Of a stretch of DNA of 32,000 nt, positions 26,071 through 32,000 are shown piece after piece. The notes beneath the pieces were generated by a model. That model saw only the letters and a list, made by a program, of their open reading frames with translations. It was not told the DNA's origin and made no database searches. The position numbers and the translations under genes were made by a program. Position 1 is the stretch's first letter. Every line of letters begins with the position of its first letter. This stretch comes from Nostoc sp. PCC 7120 = FACHB-418 (GTDB taxonomy: Bacteria; Cyanobacteriota; Cyanobacteriia; Cyanobacteriales; Nostocaceae). The stretch covers positions 1,110,001-1,142,000 of the forward strand of contig NC_003272.1 of assembly GCF_000009705.1 (NCBI RefSeq), given 5' to 3'.

Positions 26071-26979
26071 ATGAAAAAATTTTTAATATTTTTCTTATTA
26101 TCTTTGACTTTGGTGCTGGCGATCGCTAGTTGTAGTCCCAGCACGAATACAAATAATGGTGATATTATTGTAGCCTCTAAAGACTTTACAGAACAAGATA
26201 TACTAGGTGAAATTTTATCTCAACAAATTGAAGAAACTACTAACTTAAAAGTAGCTCGTCGTCCCCGACTAGGTGGCTCTTTTGTTTGTCATAATGCGAT
26301 TCTTGCTGGCAAGATAGATGCTTATATTGAATATACCGGCACAGCTTTTACTGGTATATTAAAACAACCAGTAATTAATAATCCTCAAGTAGTTTACGAG
26401 AAGCTAAAACAAGCTTATAATCAACAGTTTCAACTGGAGGTAATGCCTAGCTTAGGTTTTGAAAACACATTTGCCATCATTGTCCGTGGTGAAGATGCTA
26501 GGCGCTATAAAATCCAAACTCTCACAGATGCGGCTCAATATACACCCCAATGGCGCGGTGGCTTTGGCTATGAATTTTTAGAACGAGAGGATGGTTTTCC
26601 TGGGTTAGCAAAAACTTATGCTTTAAAGTTTACTAAACCACCGCAAATTATGGACTTGGGTTTAATATATCGTGCCTTAATGCAAAAACAAGTGGATATG
26701 GTAGCAGGTAACTCAACAGATGGACAAATTGCTCGTTTGGGTTTAGTAGTTCTCAAAGATGATCAACAATACTTTCCCCCTTACGAAGCAACACCAATTG
26801 TCAGACAAGAAACTTTAAGAAAATATCCCCAATTAAAAACAGCGATCGCTCAATTAACTGGTAGAATTTCTGCTGATGAAATGCGACAACTCAATTATTT
26901 AGTTGAAGGCGAATTACAGGACGTAAAAGAAGTAGCAAGGGAGTTCCGTAAATCTAAAGGACTCATCAAAAATCTCTAA
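26071..26979 (+). CDS. Glycine betaine/osmoprotectant ABC transporter substrate-binding lipoprotein (OpuAC/OpuCC family)
   Basis: It has a lipobox, LVLAIASCS. The body is OpuCC/OsmF-like (VASKDFTEQDILGEI...AYIEYTGTA...GFENTFA...YFPPYEA). Confidence 0.9.
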   Translation: MKKFLIFFLLSLTLVLAIASCSPSTNTNNGDIIVASKDFTEQDILGEILSQQIEETTNLKVARRPRLGGSFVCHNAILAGKIDAYIEYTGTAFTGILKQPVINNPQVVYEKLKQAYNQQFQLEVMPSLGFENTFAIIVRGEDARRYKIQTLTDAAQYTPQWRGGFGYEFLEREDGFPGLAKTYALKFTKPPQIMDLGLIYRALMQKQVDMVAGNSTDGQIARLGLVVLKDDQQYFPPYEATPIVRQETLRKYPQLKTAIAQLTGRISADEMRQLNYLVEGELQDVKEVAREFRKSKGLIKNL

Positions 26980-27000
26980 GCGAAATTTCAGCATCTTTGT

Positions 27001-27729
27001 GTGATAGTTATGAAACTCTTTATCCCAGTAACAGTTATCGGATTGTGCCTTTCTAGTAGCCAAGTTCTGGCTCAAACTTTGACACTTTCACCTAACTTAA
27101 TTGGCTTCAATTCCAATGAAGGAGAAAAATTATTACTTACAAGTCGCTCAAGAGAAGACTTTTTTCCTCTGAGTATGCAGTTTGTTACACAAGTTAATCA
27201 AGCTTACTGTGGTGTAGCTAGTATAATTATGGTGCTGAATAGCTTGGGAATTAATGCACCAGAAACAGCCCAATATTCTCCCTATCGTGTATTTACTCAA
27301 GACAACTTTTTCAGCAACGAAAAAACTAAAGCAGTAATCGCGCCCGAAGTAGTAGCTCGTCAAGGTATGACTCTCGACGAATTGGGAAGATTAATAGCTA
27401 GTTATGGTGTAAAAGTCAAAGTGAATCATGCTAGCGATACAAATATAGAAGATTTTAGAAAACAGGTAGCAGAAAATTTAAAGCAGGACGGAAACTTTGT
27501 CATAGTTAATTATTTACGTAAGGAAATTGGGCAAGAAAGGGGAGGACATATATCACCTTTAGCTGCATACAATGAGCAGACCGATAGATTTTTAATTATG
27601 GATGTTTCCCGTTATAAATACCCACCAGTTTGGGTAAAAACAACAGATTTATGGAAAGCGATGAATACAGTTGATTCAGTTTCTCAAAAAACTCGTGGTT
27701 TTGTATTCGTAAGTAAAACACAAGATTAG
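27001..27729 (+). CDS. Phytochelatin synthase-like papain-fold enzyme (NsPCS-like), with a signal peptide
   Basis: The 242-aa ORF starts from GTG at 27001, with an alternative ATG at 27010. The catalytic-Cys context is QAYCGVASIIMVLNSL. Length and sequence match my recollection of Nostoc PCC 7120 Alr0975. The N-terminal KLFIPVTVIGLCLSSSQVLAQ resembles a Sec signal. Confidence 0.85.
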   Translation: MIVMKLFIPVTVIGLCLSSSQVLAQTLTLSPNLIGFNSNEGEKLLLTSRSREDFFPLSMQFVTQVNQAYCGVASIIMVLNSLGINAPETAQYSPYRVFTQDNFFSNEKTKAVIAPEVVARQGMTLDELGRLIASYGVKVKVNHASDTNIEDFRKQVAENLKQDGNFVIVNYLRKEIGQERGGHISPLAAYNEQTDRFLIMDVSRYKYPPVWVKTTDLWKAMNTVDSVSQKTRGFVFVSKTQD

Positions 27730-27760
27730 TATTTGATTTTTGAAATAGGCTCAAGGATAA

Positions 27761-27840
27761 GCATCACCCACCAAAACTACAACACAGTGGGCAATGCTAC
27801 AGATACTTAGACTTTTTCCAGATTCAACTCTGATTCCTAA
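27761..27840. repeat. Copy 4 (degenerate, extended) of the palindromic dispersed repeat
   Basis: gcatcacccaccaaaactacaacacagtgggcaatgctacagatacttagactttttccagattcaactctgattcctaa is colinear with 19051-19139. Confidence 0.7.
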
Positions 27841-27869
27841 ATAAAATAGAGAGATTTTAAATTTTAAAT

Positions 27870-28697
27870 TTATCTGTCTACTCCCTGTTGATAAACTTGC
27901 AACGCAGTACGCCAAACCACATAACCTGCGGGGCTTAAGTGTAAGCCATCAGTGGTAAACTCTGAGCGTATATTTCCTTTTTGGTTAGTAAACAAGGGAT
28001 ACAAATCCAGATATTTAACACTTTGTTTAGTAGCTATACTTTGTAATTGCTGATTTAACTTCTGAATACGGCTGTTGGGAATAGCTAAAAGTTTTTCTCT
28101 TCCTTCCCAGGTTGCCTCCTCTGCCCCATGAGGCAAAATTGACTGGACAAAGATTTTAGTTTTGGGGTGAGTTTTTCGTAGGTAACGGAGAATTTGTCGC
28201 TGATTATCTAAAATGACTTCATCATTTACCCCACGAATTAGGTCATTAATGCCAATCATGACAAAAATCGTCTCTGGTTGAGTCTTGTCAAAAAGATTCA
28301 ATCTTTGTAATAGTCCACGACTGGTTTCGCCAGAAATTCCTTGATTGAGCCAGTTCCTATCTTCTGGTAATAATTCGACGGGAAACCACAGACTTAGAGA
28401 ATCCCCAGCCATTATGCTTAAGCGCTGGGGACGTTTTTCGGCAGCGACGTTGGCTTCTTGTTTAAGAATATCTACCCATTGTTGGTAATTGAGTTGGTGA
28501 CGGGGACCTAACTCTGGTGCAACAGCTTGGGGTTGACTAACTGGAACCGAGAGGGGCGCATTACTGGAAAGGATAGACAATTTCTGCTGTTGCCAAATTA
28601 GCAAGATGACAGCCAGCATCAGTATGCCGTTGGATACCAGTGAGAAAAAAGCCCAAGCCGGAAAGTGTTTTGCAGAAGTTGACACGACTAGCGACAT
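27870..28697 (-). CDS. SGNH/GDSL family hydrolase with an N-terminal membrane anchor
   Basis: The ORF starts with ATG. It has a TM helix (FFSLVSNGILMLAVILLIW), block I IMAGDSLS, block III GINDL and block V DGLHLSP. Confidence 0.85.
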   Translation of the reverse strand: MSLVVSTSAKHFPAWAFFSLVSNGILMLAVILLIWQQQKLSILSSNAPLSVPVSQPQAVAPELGPRHQLNYQQWVDILKQEANVAAEKRPQRLSIMAGDSLSLWFPVELLPEDRNWLNQGISGETSRGLLQRLNLFDKTQPETIFVMIGINDLIRGVNDEVILDNQRQILRYLRKTHPKTKIFVQSILPHGAEEATWEGREKLLAIPNSRIQKLNQQLQSIATKQSVKYLDLYPLFTNQKGNIRSEFTTDGLHLSPAGYVVWRTALQVYQQGVDR

Positions 28698-28730
28698 CTA
28701 CCAATGATTTGACTCAGATTTTAAATCGGT

Positions 28731-28765
28731 ATTAGTCATTAGTCATTAGTCAGTTGTTAGTTGTG
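28731..28765. repeat. STRR-like heptamer repeat (ATTAGTC / GTTGTTA)
   Basis: The sequence is attagtcattagtcattagtcagttgttagttgtg. Confidence 0.7.
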
Positions 28766-28791
28766 AGCCAGTGCGGTCTTCTCTCTTTGGG

Positions 28792-29022
28792 CTACGGTGT
28801 ACACACAAGTTTGCCCAGAGCGAGTTTCCACCCAAAAAAAGTAGATTCAAACTGCTCAAGACCGCGAACCCAAGTAGTAATGCCGGGAGGTTTTGGAGAC
28901 TTGTAACCAGACCAACCACCAAGCCCTTGCATAATCCAAGTAGCCGAAGGAAGATAGGAATTTTGTTGCAGTCGAGTTTTGCAAGGTAGGAGCAAGAGTA
29001 GATAAGCATTGCTGTTACTCAT
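28792..29022 (-). CDS. Possible 76-aa Trp/Gly-rich small protein, stop-start coupled to the histidine kinase
   Basis: ATG at 29020-29022 overlaps the kinase TGA at 29019-29021 (ATGA). The product is MSNSNAYLLLLLPCKTRLQQNSYLPSATWIMQGLGGWSGYKSPKPPGITTWVRGLEQFESTFFGWKLALGKLVCTP. I recognise no family, and two other ORFs overlap the same DNA. Confidence 0.25.
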   Translation of the reverse strand: MSNSNAYLLLLLPCKTRLQQNSYLPSATWIMQGLGGWSGYKSPKPPGITTWVRGLEQFESTFFGWKLALGKLVCTP

Positions 29023-32000
29023 GAAAAAAAGCAGGGGTGGAGTAGTTGGAAAATTGCCTGCACTAACTCCTCTGGTTCCACGGGTTTGGAAATATGTTGG
29101 TGAAATCCGGCGGCTAAGGCTTGTTGTTGGTTGATTTCCCCTGCATAAGCAGTTAGTGCGATCGCTGGTATTGTACCTCCTTCTTGTGGCAGCCATTGTC
29201 TAATTTGCCGCATTAGAGAATAGCCGTCCATTTCTGGCATACCGATATCGCATAACAGCAAATCGGGGATGAACTGGCTGAAAATATTTAACGCTTCTAC
29301 TGCTGAGGCGGCTGTTGTTACTTGTGCGCCAAATTGTATGAGGATAAATTCGGCTAATTCCCGCATATCTGCATCATCGTCCACAACTAATATATGGGTA
29401 CCTGTGAGGTCTGTCACATTTTTTAACTGCTCGTCATCAGCAGGTAACTCTTGCTCGACCAGATTTAAGGGTAGTCGGACGGTAAATGTTGCCCCTAAAT
29501 CCTGTCCCAGACTGCTTACCTGGACTGTTCCCCCATGCAGTTCGGTGAAATGGCGGACAATGGCCAGCCCTAACCCCAGCCCACCAAATTGTCTGGTTGT
29601 CGCCCCATCTTCTTGACGGAAATATTCAAATACATAAGGCAGAAACTCCCGTGCAATCCCTTTACCGCTATCTTTGACTTGAATTTGGGCATAAAGATTC
29701 ACCTGTTCCAGTTGCACCTCAATTTGTCCACCAGAGGGCGTGAATTTGACAGCATTAGAAAGGAGGTTCCAGACGACCTGTTGTAAGCGGTTTTGATCGC
29801 CCACAACGGTGGCAGAAATGGGTTTAAGTGTGGTCTGAATGTGAATGTTCTTGGCTTCTGCTGCCAATTGTACCGTTTCCAAGGCGGCTGCAATGGTGGC
29901 GGCTAGATTAACTGAGGCAACATTCAAGGTCATTTTTCCTTGGAGGATGCGGGAAACATCTAATAAATCCTCAATTAGTTGGGCTTGTAGCTTGGCGTTG
30001 CGTTCGATAGTTTCTAGGGCTTGTTCGACTTTTGTGGGGGATAGCTGCTTACTTCTGAGGATTCTTGACCAACCCAGAATGGGATTGAGAGGCGATCGCA
30101 ATTCGTGGGACAGTACAGCAAGAAATTCGTCTTTGATGCGGTTGGCTGCTTCTGCCTTGGTGCGATCGCTTTGAGCTAACCGATACAAGTGGGCATTATC
30201 AATTGCTAAGGAAGCACGGTAAGCCAATTCTTCTGCTAGCTGCATACTGCCTTGGTCATATTTATGACCAGATTCGGCGGAGATAAAGGAAATCACGCCG
30301 AGAGTCCGTGTTTGGGTTCTCAGTGGTACTGTCATTGCAGATTTAAACCCAACTCGCCGCAAAATTTCTAAGTGTTCTGGGTCACGGGCTGATTGCACAA
30401 GTAATTCATCAGAAATATCTATTAATAAATCTGATTGACCAGTTCGTAATGTTAATGCAGCGCCTCTGGGATCATTCAAGTTCAAAGGATATTTGCGTCG
30501 GATTTCCTCTGCCCACTCCAGTTTAGCCGGGTCAACATGAGCCACCGCAATCTGCTCAATCAAACCATCTTCTGCCATCATGTGGACTGTACACCAATCA
30601 GCTAACTCTGGCACTGCCAGTTGTGCCAAGCGTTCTAGGGTGGTTTGATAATCGAGAGAAGAAGCCAGAACTTTACTTGTTTCTGAAAGAAAGCGTTGAC
30701 CACGCTCTAATCTTATTTGCTCTGTCACATCCAACACGTAAACTAAAACATCCTCTACTTGATGATTTGAGTTGGTTGTGGGCAGATAGTAGACATTATA
30801 GTAACCAGGTTGGCGATCGCTGCGTCCGGGTACGTTGACAGCGAAACTAGGTGAGATGAAAGGCTCACCTGTAGTGTAAATGTCATGAAAGACTTGGACT
30901 AATTGGGGATCTGATTGACCAAAGAGTTCGGCAATTGAACGCCCCAAGTGTTGTTCACGGGTCAGTCCGTTGATTTGAGCTAAGGCTTGATTAATGGCAA
31001 CATATCGCTGCTGGCTATCTAACAGGGCAATTCCTACCGGCGAGGTTTCAAAAATTGTTGCTAGTTGTCGTTGTGCGGCTTGTGCTACCGTCAACGCTAG
31101 TCGTAAGCGTTCTTCATTGTCTCGTAGCGCCTGCTCGATTTGTTTGTAATCGGTAACATCACGAGCAACATTTATTAAAGTTGTCGCATAACCATCACTA
31201 GCAAATTCTGGGACGATAAGGGATTGATACCAGCGAAGACCTGTTGGGGTGGGAAAACTAAATTCCACAACTTGTTTTTCACCTGTGTCAAAGGCTCGCT
31301 GTAGATTTTCACACCAAAAATTGCAGATTTCCTCCGGCATTCCCAATTCTGTATTAGTTTTCCCAATAAATTCCTCTGGTGGAATACCTGTAGCTGCTTC
31401 TACAGCAGGGCTGACATAAAGATGACGAAATTCTCTATCAATGCGGCTAATAATATCGGGGGCATTTTCCGCCACCATCTTGAATTCTTGCTCACGCTGT
31501 TGCAGTTCTGATTCTAAGTGTTTACGTTCAGTAACATCCTGAAAAACGATCGCAGCTGCAGCAATTTGTCCCTGACTATCTAAAATAGGCGCGGAGTTAA
31601 CGCTGATGAAAATATGGCTGTTATCTTCCCAGCGTAACAGCATTTCCTCCTGAGAAATCACTTCACCAGTCAAAAGCGATCGCGGCAGTGGATACTCATA
31701 AGGATCGTATGGCTGTCCATCACAGCGAAAGGCTGCAAAGGGAGTCACTGGTGCATATTCTTTTAGCTCTAATGAATCTTCAAATTGGTACCTCAGAATC
31801 TGTTTGGCTTGTTCATTAGTAAGAACTAACTTACCAGAAGCCGCATCAGCAATCATCACCCCAGCAGGCATTTGTCGCAAAACCGCTTCAAACCGAGCGC
31901 GTTCAGTTTCCAGTTCATGGAGTAACCTTTCTCTCTCCGCTTCAGCTTGTTTGCGTTCTGTGATATCGCGGAAATAAACCGCCACACCCTGAGAAAAAGG
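29019..32000 (-). CDS. Hybrid sensor histidine kinase (multiple PAS, GAF, HisKA, HATPase_c, C-terminal receiver); N-terminus lies beyond the window end
   Basis: It has the H-box FLAVLSHELRSPLNPI, the N box VVWNLLSNAVKFT and the G boxes DSGKGI and GGLGLGLAI. The receiver carries LLLCDIGMPEMDG and KP. Repeated PAS-like segments are separated by coiled-coil linkers (DVTERK, DVTDYK, DVTEQ). The frame stays open to position 32000, so the track start at 31985 is an internal GTG. Confidence 0.9.
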   Translation of the reverse strand, partial: PFSQGVAVYFRDITERKQAEAERERLLHELETERARFEAVLRQMPAGVMIADAASGKLVLTNEQAKQILRYQFEDSLELKEYAPVTPFAAFRCDGQPYDPYEYPLPRSLLTGEVISQEEMLLRWEDNSHIFISVNSAPILDSQGQIAAAAIVFQDVTERKHLESELQQREQEFKMVAENAPDIISRIDREFRHLYVSPAVEAATGIPPEEFIGKTNTELGMPEEICNFWCENLQRAFDTGEKQVVEFSFPTPTGLRWYQSLIVPEFASDGYATTLINVARDVTDYKQIEQALRDNEERLRLALTVAQAAQRQLATIFETSPVGIALLDSQQRYVAINQALAQINGLTREQHLGRSIAELFGQSDPQLVQVFHDIYTTGEPFISPSFAVNVPGRSDRQPGYYNVYYLPTTNSNHQVEDVLVYVLDVTEQIRLERGQRFLSETSKVLASSLDYQTTLERLAQLAVPELADWCTVHMMAEDGLIEQIAVAHVDPAKLEWAEEIRRKYPLNLNDPRGAALTLRTGQSDLLIDISDELLVQSARDPEHLEILRRVGFKSAMTVPLRTQTRTLGVISFISAESGHKYDQGSMQLAEELAYRASLAIDNAHLYRLAQSDRTKAEAANRIKDEFLAVLSHELRSPLNPILGWSRILRSKQLSPTKVEQALETIERNAKLQAQLIEDLLDVSRILQGKMTLNVASVNLAATIAAALETVQLAAEAKNIHIQTTLKPISATVVGDQNRLQQVVWNLLSNAVKFTPSGGQIEVQLEQVNLYAQIQVKDSGKGIAREFLPYVFEYFRQEDGATTRQFGGLGLGLAIVRHFTELHGGTVQVSSLGQDLGATFTVRLPLNLVEQELPADDEQLKNVTDLTGTHILVVDDDADMRELAEFILIQFGAQVTTAASAVEALNIFSQFIPDLLLCDIGMPEMDGYSLMRQIRQWLPQEGGTIPAIALTAYAGEINQQQALAAGFHQHISKPVEPEELVQAIFQLLHPCFFS

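Noticed and set aside
28746-29196. Overlapping ORFs of 87, 72 and 134 aa lie in the GDSL / histidine-kinase spacer.
   Set aside because: They are mutually exclusive frames over the same DNA. The 134-aa ORF is mostly antisense-frame read-through of the kinase 3' end. Only its distal 76 codons, from the ATGA overlap, were kept as a low-confidence candidate.
23668-31366. Other embedded short ORFs lie at 23668-23883, 24028-24222, 25360-25608, 25696-25923, 27148-27363, 29269-29616, 29589-29786, 29699-29893, 29845-30174, 30623-30838 and 31175-31366.
   Set aside because: Each lies inside or antisense to a longer gene with clear family motifs (permeases, PCS-like gene, histidine kinase).
1-32000. 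I looked for classical mobile elements, prophage genes, tRNA/rRNA genes, a retron or a DGR.
   Set aside because: No transposase, integrase, reverse-transcriptase or phage-structural ORFs are present. I saw no cloverleaf-like or rRNA-like sequence. Only very small non-autonomous repeats are present.

Overview
The window looks like chromosomal DNA from a filamentous heterocystous cyanobacterium (Nostoc/Anabaena type). Supporting signs are roughly 40% GC by eye, very frequent HIP1 octamers (GCGATCGC), STRR-like heptamer tandem repeats in most intergenic spacers, and pentapeptide-repeat, TPR-CHAT and DUF1400-type proteins. From memory only, the Fur paralog at 1860-2309 and the 242-aa phytochelatin-synthase-like protein at 27001-27729 resemble FurC (alr0957) and NsPCS (alr0975) of Nostoc sp. 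PCC 7120. This needs a BLAST check.

Gene content in order:
- a partial dienelactone hydrolase
- a decayed PaO-type oxygenase remnant
- furC
- a NACHT/pentapeptide STAND NTPase split by a frameshift
- an atypical response regulator
- mobA
- a 42-bp tandem repeat array
- a TPR-CHAT caspase-like protease, followed by a translationally coupled 114-aa/481-aa pair of unknown function
- a large flotillin/SPFH protein
- a GH57 enzyme
- an SDR oxidoreductase
- a DUF1400 alpha/beta hydrolase
- an ABC-2 type ATPase plus a 570-aa membrane partner
- an OpuC-like osmoprotectant ABC importer followed by the phytochelatin-synthase-like gene
- an SGNH hydrolase
- a partial multi-PAS/GAF hybrid histidine kinase

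I found no rRNA, tRNA, CRISPR array, transposase or integrase.

The best candidate for an undescribed system is 8101-13605. It combines a dyad-symmetric 42-bp repeat array, a TPR-CHAT protease whose sensor repeats are near-identical at DNA level except at a few hypervariable codons, and an ATGA-coupled small protein plus a coiled-coil membrane protein ending in a glycine-zipper TM hairpin. The neighbouring frameshifted NACHT-pentapeptide NLR-like gene is a second conflict-system-type locus. All functional claims for these are inference.
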